Assembly (NCBI RefSeq): GCF_030144855.1
Contig: NC_082717.1
Location: 106,516,001-106,580,000 of the forward strand
Length of the DNA stretch: 64,000 nucleotides
DNA from: Hypanus sabinus
Lineage: Eukaryota
Direction: 5' to 3'
The notes beneath the pieces were generated by a model, which saw only the letters and a list, made by a program, of their open reading frames with translations, did no database searches and had not been told where the DNA came from. Made by a program: the position numbers and the translations under genes. Shown piece after piece: positions 12,926 to 26,364 of this stretch. Every line of letters begins with the position of its first letter. The stretch's first letter is position 1.

Positions 12926-14457
12926 TTAAAATGTTTACGAAGGATGTGAATGGGTGAAGGACAACATTTCAGATGAGATAGTTTTAGTCTCCAAGGTGAT
13001 CTCCCGCATCACCCTGTTACTTTGAGGTTCCACATAAGTTATGAGAACAAATTCTCAACGTCTATCTGGTCACAGTCAGATATCTGGACTCAGCATCAAA
13101 TTCTACCTGTCTGTATCATAATGGGACGATGCTGCTGGTCACGTATTTGACTCAGTTGGTCTCCATCCATTGCTATAGCTTAGTAGCTCTGGATGTGCCT
13201 CACTGCCCTGCTTGGAGCTCACGGTATTTACACGGCTGCTCCTGGAGACTTTCTGATCACTGTGACTCTGGGGTGATTGACGGTGGTGAACTCAGCAATG
13301 GCAATGAATGTCAAGGGGAGGTGATTAGACTTTCTCATTGGAGGATGGTGACATGTGGAACTTCTGTGGTGTGAATGCTAAAGGTCACTTGTTACCCTAG
13401 ACAGAGGTGTTTGTTATCATGGTACACGCAGACAGAAGAAACAACGGTCTCACTTAGCAGAAGGATCCCAAATCAGATGACATTCAACAGAGGTGATTTG
13501 CTAAAGAACCAAGTGACACAAGGAGCTTGTCGTTTTCTCGTTCAGCTCTTACTGACTTTTTAATTCACTGGATGTTGGACCCAGTTCTTTCTTTCAAGCC
13601 TCAGTCTCGACTATTCCTATTATCTACCAAGGTATGGACATCAGGTGGTTCTCAACATTGGTCATGATCTCAATATTCCACTTCAATTGGTAGAAAAATC
13701 ACATGATCTACTTATCTGAAAGTTACATTGTAAATTCTTAGTGCTACGTAAACTTGGAACTATATATTTTGTCCAAATTGCAAATCCTTAGATTTCAAGA
13801 GCAGGATCTCTGCTGTGCCTTGGAGGTCCAGCACACCAATTCCCAGAGTCTTTTGTCCTCTGAACACAGTGCTAACTTTTGGCACAACTTTCAGCTCCTG
13901 CACACTCGATTCACAGTGATAGGACATTCTGAAGCTCAGAGATTTCTGGTAAGAACAGTGCCATTCAATGTGTTTACAAGCATTGCCTCTCCCTGCCAAA
14001 TGGCACCAATCCAGTTAATATTCTTATGAGAACTCAGTAGTAAATTTTTGCACGAGCCCCCACAAGCTATATACTTAATGTTAATAAACATTGTGTGTGT
14101 CAACAGTCGAAGGCAACCTACTGTTTTCCTTCTTCCAAATATTGCTACTCTGTCGTTCATTGTCCCACCCTCTCTGTTTCATCATTTGCTCTTACTCCTA
14201 CCACAGTCCAGAGCCTCAGACTCTGCCCTGTGCTGACTCATCTCTGCTTTCTGACCCTGCTCCATTCAACATCAAAATAAAGGTTCCGCTATCTACTTAC
14301 AGATTTTGGAAGACACTGCCGTATTCTAATAACCCAGCTGTGTGACGCACAGCTCTTTGGCAGCAGTGAAAGTGACCCATAATGTTAAGTAGATTTGGGA
14401 AGGAGGAGGTTATCTACCTGTGTCGTTCTTCCTCAGCCCAGAGACTTGAGGGATGAA

Positions 14458-14912
14458 GAACATAGAAACATAGAAAACCTACAGTACAATACAGGCCCTT
14501 TGGCCCACAATGCTGTGCCGAACATGTCCTTACCTTAGAAATTACCTAGGGTTACCCATTGCCCTCTATATTTCTAAGCTCCATGTGCCTCTCCAGCAGA
14601 CTCTTAAAAGACCCTATCGTATCCACCTCCACCACCGTCGCCAGCAGCCCATTCTACGCTCTCACTACTCTCTGCATAAAAACACCTACTCCTGACATCT
14701 CCTCTGTACCTACTACTGTGCTCCTTAAATCTGTGCCTTCTGGTGCTAGCCATGTCAGCCCCCGGAAAAAGCCTCTGACTAGCCACACAATCAAAGCCTC
14801 TCAACATCTTATACACATCTATCAGGTCGCCTCTCATCCTCTGTCGCTCCAAGAAGAAAAGGCTGAATTCACTCAACCTATTCTCATGAGGCATGCTCCC
14901 CAATCCAGGCAA
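14458..14912 (-). mobile_element. CR1 3' end fragment
   Basis: MPGLGSMPHENRLSEFSLFFLERQRMRGDLIDVYKM; tail aacatagaaacatagaaa. Confidence 0.9.
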
Positions 14913-15398
14913 CAGCTGCAGTCAGCTCATCTTCTTTGTCAGTCTGCAGAAAGTCGTGCAGGAAATTCAAGGGAAACCCCTACACCCACAGAGTGGTGAC
15001 TGTTTGGAACCCATCACCACAGGGAGGGTGAGAGGCGAACAGGAGGGATGGATTTAAAAGGATTGTTGTGGAACAGAAACACTGGCCGCGACCAACTGGA
15101 CTGAGGCTGCGAGTTTAGAAGACAGTGGTGTATTCTAACAACCCAGCTGTGTGTCACCATACTAAGACAAAGTTTAAAATAGAACTGACTTATTAGTCAC
15201 AGATGCAGAATATGAAACTCCAATCCCAGTAAATGTGAACTTTGGCAGAAGAAACTCCTCCCATGCCCAGTGACCAGGGTGCAGAACTGGGTGTGATGAG
15301 CAGCAGCAATAATTGCCAAGTTCAACAGCAACAGTCACTTTTGAACTAGCATCTGGATTCAGTAACTGTGATGGTTAAACATCCAGAAAGAAGCTTAT

Positions 15399-16380
15399 TT
15401 AAACTTTATCCCCAGTGTGAATTCGGTAGTGCACCACAAGGGCGGATGACCAAGTGAATCTCTTCCCACATTCAGAGCAGGAGAACGGTTTCTCACCAGT
15501 GTGAAGTGACTGATGTGTCCGCAGGTTGCACAACTGGGTGAGTCCATTCCCACAAATGGAACAGGTGAACGGCCTCTCTCCTGTATGAACTCACTTGTGT
15601 GTATGTAGGAGCGGATGACTGAGTGAATCCCTTTCCACAGTTTCAGTAAGCCTCTCCCCAGTGTGAACTTGCTGGTGTACCTTTACTTGAAGTGACATTG
15701 GAAATCCCTGAACAGGTGAACTCCATCTCCCCAGTGCGACTGGTGTCTTTGTAGGTTGGATGACTGATTGAATCGCTTCCCACACACAGAAGAGGTGAAT
15801 GGCCTCTCTCCTGTGTGAACTCACTGGTGTGACTGTAGATGGGGTGACTGAGTGAATCCCTTCCCACAGTCTGATCAGATGAATGACCTTTCTCTGATGC
15901 TGATGTACCTTCAGTTGAGATGACTGAGCGAATCCCTTCCGATAGTGTGAGCTGGTGAATGGTTTCTCCCCAGTGTGAACTCACTGATGTTTCTGTTTGT
16001 TAGATGGGTGAGTAAATCCCTTCCCTCTTTCTGAATAGAGGAATGGCCTCTATGGAGTGAACTGATTGGTGTGCCAGTAGTTGAGATGCTTGGGTAAATT
16101 CCTTCTGATAGTCTGAGCAGGTGAATGGCCTGCACGTGTGCACTTTCTGGTGGACCTTCAGTTGAAATGACTGGAAATCCACCCAACAGTCTGAGCAGGT
16201 GGACAGCCTCTCCCCGAGTGAATTGACCGGTGTCTCCGAGTGAATCCGTACACACTGTCTCAGCAGGTGTATGGCCAGTCCCCGCTGTGAACACAATGGT
16301 GTGTCTGTAGGTTGAAGAAGCAAGGGAATCCTGTTTCACCACCTGAGCAGGCTTCTTCCCACCACCATGAGTAAACTGAG
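15399..16380 (-). pseudogene. C2H2 zinc-finger terminal exon pseudogene (~10 decayed fingers)
   Basis: Last two fingers read [62 protein letters not shown]; an in-frame TGA and frameshifts lie upstream. Confidence 0.9.
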
Positions 16381-16469
16381 TCAGTGACTCTATCAGACAT
16401 TCCTCACTCCCTGCTTTGTCCCTGTCTGACTTACTTGCTGACATTTCTCACTTCAAAATTTCTGTTAGC

Positions 16470-17000
16470 CTCAAACTCCCCTAGACTGATTTAAACCCTC
16501 CTAAATAGCATTTGCATATTTCCCCATCAGGATATTGGTGCCCCTCCAGTTAATATACAGCCCATCCCTTTGTATGGCCAGGAGCAATCCTAATGGTCCC
16601 AAAGCCTTAACCATTTCCTCCTGCACCAGCCTCTCGGTCATAATATCATCTGCACTTCCTACTATTCCTATCCCAACAGCTCATGGCATGGGGAATAATC
16701 CATGGATCACTTTGAGCTCCTGCTTATAATCCTTTAACTTTCTGCCTCAGACCCTATATTCATTCTGCAGGACTTCATCCATTTTGTTCCAGTGTCTTTG
16801 GTCAAAATATGTACAACAACCTTTGTCAGTTCACCCTCCCCTCTTCAGATTCTTCTGTAACCCATTAGAAACATCCTTTGCCCCAACACCCCAGAGACAA
16901 CACACCATACCAGAGTCTCATTCACAGCCACACAATCTCCTGTCTATCCCCCTCACTATGGAGTCTCCAGTCACTACAGCTCTCCTTGTCTCCACCCTCT
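16470..17000 (-). mobile_element. Degenerate CR1 ORF1 (esterase-like) region
   Basis: Reverse-complement similarity to CR1 ORF1 at 32450-32960 (ctagactgatttaaaccctcc, ggtgcccctccagt). Confidence 0.55.
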
Positions 17001-17789
17001 CCTGTTGTACATCTAAGTCACAGACCTGGCGACTGCAGCTGCTGCCCTCCACTGAAATGTTGTGTCTCTGTGACTACAACACTCTCACACTCTCTCCTGC
17101 TGATCAACTCTAATTCCATCTGCTGCAATAGTGCATTAAACTAGGTTCATGATCCCCTACCAACCTCCCATATGAGGCCCATGTCTGCTCTGCCCACTGG
17201 ACTGACCTCATTGTCCATGGAAAAATGCTTCCTGACATCTCCTTTCCACAGACTGACTCTAACTTTCAGCCCATTTCCCCTTGTTCTCGACTCTCCCACC
17301 AGGAGATGTTGTTTCTTTGTGCTTATCTGATCAGTTCCATGAATCCCAGTCCAGTATCAGTGTTTTGTTATTCTCTGTCATTGAAGTGCCGGTTTGTACT
17401 GGTGTTTAATGGTGGAGTGCAATGTTGGGTATGTACAGGTCTGTGTGCTTACAGCACAGTGTGGAGAATTTTATATTTCTGTGTCCTGGTAGTGAAGGAC
17501 TTGGTGTTGTAAAGGCCTGCTGACAGTTTCTGGACAGTGCAGTGCGGTGTGTTTCCATTGATTCCATTCAGTTCACTATAGGGATGTATAGGTCATATAG
17601 AGCAGTGTCAATTATCTGTCTCTGTGTAAAAGCCAAGTATATTCCGCTGGTCCAGTACTGAGAGTGTCCATGTATCTGTCTGACAAAAATAAAACTAGAA
17701 ATTGTTGAGAATACTTGTTCAGTGCAGGCAGAGCTGTGAGTGTTTCCAGCATTTTGAGTTTTTAGAGTTTCAGATCATCTGTTGAAAAA

Positions 17790-18150
17790 GTCCTTGTCCT
17801 TATTGTATGATGCCAGCTATAGTAACACCCTGTATCCTTACTGTATGGTGCCAGCTTTTGGAATGTTCTATTTATATGGTGTTGGCTATTGTAACTGTAT
17901 GTGCCCTTACAGCATGGTGCCAGGCGTTGTAATGCTCTGAGCCTTACTGTCTGCAGTAACTATCTGTGGCCTCACTGGGCAGTGCCCAGTACTGTGCCAG
18001 CTGTTGTAATGGCCTGTGCCCTTACTGTACCATTCTTGCTGTTGTAAAGGTCTGTACTCTTACTGGACTGGCTGTTGTAACCGTCTGCACCCTCACTGTA
18101 CAGTGCCAGCTGTTGCAATGGTCTGTGCCCTTACAGTATGGTGCTTACTG
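17790..18150. repeat. Degenerate ~35-40 bp tandem repeat
   Basis: Recurring ccttactgta-tggtgccagct-gttgtaa units, about 8 copies. Confidence 0.7.
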
Positions 18151-18836
18151 TAACGTAGTGCAGTACAGCACAGGAACAGGCCTTTCAGCCCACAATATTG
18201 TGCCAACCCTTTCAATTAGTAATCAAATGGACAAATAAACTAATCTCTTCTGCCTATACAATGTTCATATCGTTCCATTTTCCACCCGACCATGTGGCTT
18301 TCTAAATGTCTCTTAAAAGTCTTTGATTTTTCTTCCTCTCCCACCCCCCCAGGCAGCACAACTCAGATTCCCACCACAGAAACTATCCCCTCACTTCTCC
18401 TCTGTAATTACCCCCCTCACCTTAAATGCATGCTCTCTGGCATAGATATTTTAGTCCTTGGAAAAAGATAGTTTCTTTCTAATCTTTCTATGCCTCTTTC
18501 AATCTTCTAAATTTCTATCAGATTTTCCCTCAGCCTCTGGTATTCCTGAGAAAATTAGCTGTCTAGCCTTGATATTCTGTAACAATCAGGGTAGAGTTTT
18601 GAGTACAGAGTTGTTGAGCTTTTAGGAATAAATGATCATAACATTGTTAGTTTTGAATCGTTTTGGGACAGTATATCAAAAAAACCAAACCCATTAAATT
18701 GAATTTCAGGAAGGCAAGGTATGGCAAAGACTTCAGAAGGTAAACTGGAAGGAACTCAACTAAATCAGTTGAAGAACAATGGGGTTGACTTAAAGTAGTA
18801 ATACATGCAACGCAGAAAATGTTTGTTCCCAAGGTC

Positions 18837-19972
18837 TGTCAGGAGCAGACATGGAATAGACCCAAATGCAGGACGCAGGCACTGAAGTACTAGGGGTAGG
18901 ACAGGATGGGGATGCCATGGCATACAAGGGGTAATGCAGGCAGGGCAGGATCCCAGAGTTCAGGCAGGGCAGGAGGATCCCAGTGCTCAGGCAGGTAGAA
19001 GAGCCCCCTGGGGCAGGCACATAACTCCTGGGCAGGGCCACATCCCAGGCAGGAACACAAAGGCCAAGGCAAGATACAGAACCCTGGGCAGGTGTGGGCA
19101 CAACCCATAGGGAGCAAAGGGTGGAAAGGGTCAGGGTCCTCAGGGCAGGTCACATGGATCCCATGGAGCACGGAGGCCTGGGCAGGGCACAGGCACCTGG
19201 CAGGTGCGGGGCACAACCCATCAGAAACAAGGGGAGGAAAGGGTAGAAGTCCTCATGGCAGGCCACATCCTGAGCAGGACCACCTCCCAGGCAGAGACAC
19301 AGAGGCCTGGGCAGGGCACAGACACCTGGGCAGGTGCAGGGCACAATCCATCTGAGGTGAGGGGTAGGAAGGGGACTGAGTTCCCCCACCAGGCAACAGC
19401 AGACAGCCTGGCTTCCCTGATAGAGGAATGGAACAGGAAGGGACAGAACCACCCAAGGGGTAACAGCAACAGCCTGGCTCACCCAACAGAGGCAAGGGAC
19501 AGGAAGGGACAGAACCACCCAAGGGCTAACAGCAACAGCCTGGCTTACCTGACAGAGGCAAGGGAACAGAAGGGAGCTGGGTCCAGGGTGAGCAACAGGA
19601 CAACGAGGATACACCAGTAAATAGGGAGAAGCAAGCAGACAGTGAGACAGCACAGGCAAGGCAAATACAGCTGAACAGCAGGACCAGCACACACAAGAGA
19701 AGCAGGAAAACAAGACAAACCTGGACAGAACCAACACAGAGCAGGTCAGGACCAGGTACCAACCCAGTTTCAGAGCAGGACAACCCCCCAACTAGGCTCA
19801 GTCCCCGAGCCCCTTATAAACACCTGCCCCCTAATAGGCAACAGGTGTACCTCCTTAAGCCAAGATGATCCAATGGCTCTGGGTGACAGGAGGGCTGGCT
19901 GCAAGGCCCAGAGTCCGGAGTCCGCAGACTGGAGCAAGACCCAGAAGGTGGGCTCCAGACTGGACCCCAACA
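18837..19972 (-). mobile_element. Solo LTR (Gypsy-like) with internal GC-rich repeats
   Basis: TG...CA ends; 5-bp TSD AGGTC at 18832-18836 and 19973-19977; left end is the reverse complement of the right end of LTR 27483-28673. Confidence 0.85.
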
Positions 19973-20475
19973 AGGTCAAGATAAGCAATAAAAACAAAAT
20001 ATCAGCTACATGGACGAATAAAGATATACAAAAAAATGACTGAAGAAAATACAGCTACAATATATGAAGACTACAAAAAAACAGTAATGACATTAACCAT
20101 AGGGCATATGAAAATATGGAGCTATAGTCACGAGGAAAATTCAAATTGCCAAAGGGCAGATTGAGAAGGATATTGCTGATCATGCTAAAGCTGACCCCAA
20201 AGGATTTTTATCAATCATTTAGTAGTAAAGTCAAGAAACAAGCTAAGCGTGTTGGGAATAGCAGTGGGGTGATAACTTCTGAAGAGAAGGACATAATGGA
20301 TACTCTTAAATCATTTTTTTTTACTCAAGTATTCACCTGTGAAGATGTTAGCAATATACCAGGAAGTGTAGAAAAGATAAGGTTGTTTTTAAGTGACTTA
20401 GAGATCTCAGAAAGTGAGATCCTGCTTCAGCTGAAAAGGTTGAAAGTTAATAAATCTCCAGAGGCAGACAACATA

Positions 20476-22066
20476 CAGGGGTAAAAGAAAGTTTGTGAAT
20501 CCTGTAGAATTTTCTCTATTTCTGCATAAATATGATGTAAAATGTGATCAGATTTTCACATAAGTCCTCAAACTAGATAAAGATAACCCAATTAAATAAA
20601 TAACCCAAAATTGTTATGCTTGTTCATTTACCTATTGAGAAAAATGATCCAATAGTACAGGTAGTTGTTAGAAAAAGTACAAACATTTGTATATAAACCT
20701 CTGGGGTGATGCCTTCTAGAAAATCTATTTGGAATCAATGAGATGAGATTGGAGGTGTGGGTTGTAGAGGTCTCATGCCCTATAATAAAAAGACATACAA
20801 AGTCAGGTTACTGACAGAGCCTGCTCTTCTCAAGAAAGATCTGTTTACATGCACCATGCCTTGATCAAAGAACTTTCAGAGGACCTTAGAAGAAGAATCG
20901 TAGCGATGCATGAAGTTGGAAAGGCTACAAAGGCATTTCTAAAGACTTGAGTGATAATCAGTACACAGTAAAATAAACTGTCTACAAATGAAGGGAACTC
21001 AGTACTGTTGCTACTCTCTGTAGTAGCGGGCACCCTGTAAAAATCACACCAAGAGCACAATGTGCAATGCTGAAGGAAGTGAAAAAGAAACCAAGGGTAA
21101 CAGCAAAAGAGCTGCAGAAACCTTTAGAACTTGTTAATGTTTCCACTAGAAAAAAAACACTGAACAAGAAATGGTGTTCATGGAAGGACACCACGGAGGA
21201 AACTACAGCTCTTCAAAAAAAGAACAACATTTCTACATGTCTCAAGTTTTCAAAAGACCACATGGATGTTCTACAACACTTCTGGGACAATGTTCTGTGG
21301 ACAGATGAGACAAAAGTTGAACTTTTTGGCAGAAATGTACAGTGCTATGTTTGGAGGGAAAAGGGTACTGCACAGCAACACCATTCCATTGTAAAGCACG
21401 GTGGATGTAGCATGATAATTTGGGGCTTCTTTGCTGCCTCAGGGCCTGGACAGCTTGCAATGGTTGAGGGAACGATTAATTTAAAATTGTATCAAGACAT
21501 TTTACAGGAGGATGTCAGGGCAGTAGTCCATCACCTGAAGCTAATGCAACAAGACAATGATCCAAAGGACAAGAGTAAACCAACAACATAATTGGTTAAA
21601 AAGAAGAAAACTTGTGTTTTGGAATGGCCCAGTCAAAGTCCTGACATTAATCCAATAGCTGTTGTAGGACAACCTGAAACAAACAGTTCCTTCAAGGATT
21701 CCCACCAACATCCCAGAGTTGAAGCAGTTTTGTAAGGAGGAATGGCCTAAAGTTCCTCCAAGCCTGTGTGCAGGACTGATCAACAGTTACCGAAACATTT
21801 GTTTGAAGTTATTGCTGTACAAGGGGTTCACACCAGTTACTGAAAGCAAAGGTTCACATACTTTTTTCCCCAACAAGTCCATGTAATATTCAAACATCTT
21901 TCTCAATAAATAAATAAATAAATAAATGGGCAAATATATTTTGTGTTATTTATTTAATTGGGTTCTCTAGTTTGAGCACTTACGTGATCTGATCACGTTT
22001 TAGGTCATATTCACACAGAAATAGAGAAAATTCTGCAGGGTTCACAAATTTCCTACCACCCCACTG
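20476..22066 (+). mobile_element. Full-length Tc1/mariner DNA transposon with defective transposase
   Basis: TA duplication 20474-20475/22067-22068, ~200-bp TIRs, ORF 21067-21591 with FWDNVLWTDETKVELFG, VKHGG, QQDNDPK; WPSQSPDINPI downstream in another frame. Confidence 0.95.
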
Positions 22067-22129
22067 TATATCCAAGGGTATTTAAAGAGGTTATATACAC
22101 AAACCCCTAACAATTTTTCTAAAGTTAGT

Positions 22130-23070
22130 GGAGACTTTGATGACGTCAACTGGAATGTCTTTCGTGATGAGGATGTCTCCGAGATCACGGATGGGGTCAA
22201 CAGTTTCATCCGGAGGTGCATCGAAGATGTTGTCCCCCCAAAATCGGTCAGGGTCTATCCAAACCAGAAACCCCTGGATCAACAGTTCCATGCGTGCTGC
22301 ACTTGCCAGGCGAAACAGAGCTTACGTTGCCGGTAACCATCAGGAACTCAATAAATGATCGACACAGAGTCATCAACGCAGCAAAACAATACAGGGACAA
22401 GATCTGGACACAACGTCTGGATCCACCAACAACACACTCAGCTTATGGCAAGGTCTGCACACCATCGCAGACTTCAAAGTTAAACGCAGTGGTGCTGCCA
22501 ACACCGCTGCCTCTCTCCCAGATGAGCTAAATCCTTTTTTTACGCTCAGCTCGATGTCGCCAACGCTGAGTCCCTGAGGAAAACTGTCAAAGCGACCTAC
22601 ACCTTGGCCATCTCTGAAGCTGAAAAACGTAGATGTTTCCGAGTGGACAGTCGCGAGGCTGCGGGACAGGACGGCATCCCAGGGCGGGTACTCAGGATGT
22701 GCGTGGCACAACTGGCAGATGGGTTGACTGACATTTGTAATCTCTCCCTCTCCCAGTGCAGGGTGCCCTCCTGCTTCAAAACATCCACCATTTTCCCAGG
22801 ATCTAAAAAGAACAAGTTAACATGTCTGAATGACCGGCGTCCTGTCGCACTCATCTCAATAATAAGCAAATGCTTTGAGAGGCTGGTGAAGGATTACATC
22901 TGCAGCTTGCTACCAGCCACACTGGATCCTACAATTCACCTACTGACACAACCGATCAACAGATGATGCAATAGCCACAGCTCCACACACCGTCCTTACA
23001 CAACTGGAGAGGAGGGCTGCTTATGTGAGAAGGCTGTTCTTGAACTACAGTTCAGCATTCAACACCATAA
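22130..23070 (+). mobile_element. Rex1/Babar-like LINE RT fragment
   Basis: AAGQDGIPGRVLRMCVAQLADGLTDICNLSLSQCRVPSCFKTSTI..NDRRPVAL..KCFERLV; [12 protein letters not shown]. Confidence 0.9.
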
Positions 23071-23359
23071 TTCAAATAACTCAAGAGGTTAATAATCGAG
23101 GTACAGGAAGTAGGGATTCAGGTTTCGGTGTGTGGATGGGTGCAGAATTGGCTCAAAACAGAAATGTTCTGGTGAGAGGATTATTTCACAACTGTAAGAT
23201 GTTAAAAGTGGGTTTCCATAGGGATTAGTTTTGGGGCCACTGCTGTTTTTCATTTACATTAAGGGGGATTTGGATAAGCACATAACAAATGAAATAGTAA
23301 AGTTTGCAGGACTCTAAATTAGGGGGATGGGCTGTCAACATTCAGGCAGTAGAATCACT

Positions 23360-25478
23360 ATGTGGAACAACAATGGCAGGTATTTCTGGGAATAATGCAG
23401 AAGGTGCAGGATCGGTTCATTCCAAAGAGGAAGAAAGATCCTAAGGGGAGGAAGGGGCGGCCGTGGCTGACGAGGGAAGTAAAGGACAGTATAAAGATAA
23501 AAGAGAAGAAGTATAACATAGCAGAGATGAGTGGGAAGCCGGAGGACTGTGAAGCTTTTAAAGAGCAACAGAAGATAAAAAAGGCAATACGCAGAGAAAA
23601 AATGAGGTACAAAGGTAAAATAGCCAAGAATATAAAGGAGGATAGTAAAAGCTTCTTTAGGTATGTGAAAAGCAAAAAGTATTTAAGACCAAAATTGGGC
23701 CATTGAAGACAGAAACGGGTGAATTTATTATGGGGAACAAGGAAATGGCAGATGAGTTGAACTGGTACTTTGGATCTGTCTTCACTCGCAAAGATACAAA
23801 CGATCTCCCAGATGCAATAGTGGCCAGAGGAACTAGGGTAATGGTTGAACTGAAGGAAATTTATATTAGGCAAGAAACTGTGTTGGATAGGCTGTTGAGT
23901 CTGAAGGCTGTTAAGTCCCCGGGACCTGATAGCCTGCATCCCAGGGTACTTAAGGAGGTGGCTCTAGAAATCGTGGACACATTGCTAATCATTTTCCAAT
24001 GTTCTATAGATTCAGGATCAGTTCCTGCAGATTGGAGGGTGGCTAATGTTGTCCCACTTTTCAAGAAAGGAGGGAGAGAGAAAACAGGGAATTATAGATT
24101 GGTTAGCCTGACATCAGTAGTGGGAAAGATGCTGGAGTCAATTATAAAAGAGGAAATTATGACACATTTGGATAGCAGTCTGAGTCAGCATGGATTTACA
24201 AAGGGAAAATCATTCTTAACTAATCTTCTGGAGTTTTTTGAGGATGTAACTATGAAAATGGACAAGGGAGAGCCAGTGAATGTAGTGTACCTGGACTTTC
24301 AGAAAGCTTTTGATAAAGTCCCACATAGGAGATTAGTGAGCAAAATTAGGGCACATGGTATTGGGGGCAGAGTACTGACATGGATTGAAAATTGACTGGC
24401 TGACAGGAAACAAAGAGTAGCGATTAACAGGTCCCTTTCGGAATGGCAGGCTGTGACCAGTGGGGTACCACAAGGTTCGGTGCTGGGACTGCAGCTGTTT
24501 ACAATATACATTAATGATTTAGATGAAGGGATTAAAAGTAACATTAGCAAATTTGCCAATGACACAAAGCTGGGTGGCAGTGTGAAATATCAGGAGGATG
24601 TTAAGAGAATGCAGAATGACTTGGACAGGCTAGGTGAGTGGGCAAATGTATGGCAGATGCAGTTTAATGTGGATAAATGTGAGGTTCTCCACTTTGGTGG
24701 CAAGAACAGGAAGGCAGATTACTATCTAACTGGAGTCAAGTTAGGAAAAGGGGAAGTACAACGAGATCTAGGTGTTCTTGTACATCAGTCGATGAAAGCA
24801 AGCATGCAGGTACAGCAGGCAGTGAAGAAAGCTAAAGGCATGCTGGCCTTTATAACAAGAGGAATTGAGTAAAGGAGTAAAGAGGTCCTTCTGCTGCTGT
24901 ACAGGGCCCTGGTGAGACCCCACCTAGAATATTGTGTGCAGCTTTGATCTCCAAATTTGAAGAAGGACATTCTTGCTATTGAGAGAGTGCAGCGTAGGTT
25001 CACAAGGTTAATTCCCGGAATGGCGGGACTGTCATATATTGAAAGATTGGAGTGACTGGGCTTGTATACACTGGAATTTAGAAGGATGAGAGGCAATCTG
25101 ATTGAAACATATAAGATTATTAAGGGATTGGACACACTGGAGGCAGGAAGCATGTTCCCGCTGATGGGTGAGTCCAGAACTAGAGGCCACAGTTTAAGAA
25201 TAAGCGGTAGGCCATTTAGAACAGAGATGCGGAAAAACTTTTTCACCCAGAGAGTGGTGGATATGTGGAATGCTCTGCCCCAGAAAGCAGTGGAGGCCAA
25301 GTCTCTGGATGCTTTCAAGAGAGTTAGATAGAGCTCTTATAGGTAGCAGGGTCAAGGGATATGGGGAGAAGGCAGGAACAGGATACTGATTGTGTATGAT
25401 CAGCCATGATCACTGTGAATGGCAGTGCTGGCTAGAAGGGCTGAATGGCCTACTCCTGCACCCACAGTCTATTGTCTA
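23360..25478 (+). mobile_element. Younger 5'-truncated CR1 (RT, several stops)
   Basis: ORFs 23362-25331 with KSPGPDSLHPRVLKE, YLDFQKAFDKV, GVPQGSVLG; 3' end cctactcctgc..ctattgtcta. Confidence 0.93.
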
Positions 25479-26364
25479 TAGTTAGATCAAAACAAAATCC
25501 AGATGTGGGCAGGTCAATGGTAAATGAATTTTAATGTAAATAGATGTAAAATATTACATCTAGGAAGTAGAACTATTAGATATAAATATACAATGGGGTG
25601 TCTTGAGTTAGATGTATGAGACGGATTTGGGCATCCTGGAAGACTGATCACTATCAACATGTGGACAATGCATAGCAGCAGCTAGGAAGGTTAATAGAAT
25701 GTTGGGCTACATAATGTGCTCAGTGGAATTCGTCTAGAGGCGTTTTCCTTACGCTGTATTATGCGCTTCTAAGGCCACACCTTGAGCACCGGCTATAATT
25801 TTGGTCTCCATATTCTGTGAAGGATGTGAAGGCAATGGAGAAAGTTCAGAGAAGGACATCAAGACTCATTCTAGGTCTGCAGTGTATGAGCTATTAAGAA
25901 AGATTGAAAGAATTAAATCTTTTTAACCATAGAATGAGAGGAGACATGATAGAAGTGTTCAAAATCATTAAGTATATATAATGCATTCCAGCTGCTACTT
26001 CAAAATTAATCCATCAGTAAGGATGTGGGGTCATAAATGGAGACTGGTTAAAGCAAGATTTTAGACTAAAATCAGGAAGCATTTCTTCAGACAGTGAGTT
26101 GTGGACACATGGAACAAACTACCTAGTTGGTAGTTGAGAGCAGTACCTTAGAGACTTTCAAATCTAAACTCGATAGTTATATCAACACACTGTGAATAGG
26201 AATTTAGCTAGCTTTGTTGGGCCGAATGGCCTGTTCATTTCAAAAACATTTGAATGTTCTAACAACGCAAATTTGTCTAACCTATCTTTACAGCACAGAC
26301 CCTTTAATCCAGGGAGTTAATTGGGAACAGCTTTTTTTTTGGTGGGGAGTTGGCAAGCCCATTT

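Larger units (their letters stand above)
18560..26270 (+). mobile_element. Old CR1 LINE split by at least four nested insertions
   Basis: Collinear CR1 pieces at ~18560-18836, 19973-20475, 22067-22130, 23070-23360, 25480-26270; e.g. KSPEADNI|YPRVFKE is split by Tc1. Confidence 0.8.

Noticed and set aside
13754-14160. Possible host exon (weak F-box-like CSEDKRLWELVC on the minus strand)
   Set aside because: Stops in the same frame, very short similarity and no clear splice sites; not supportable without a search.
18890-19791. Cys/Pro-rich ORFs up to 213 aa
   Set aside because: Arise from GC-rich internal repeats of the solo LTR bounded by the AGGTC TSD.
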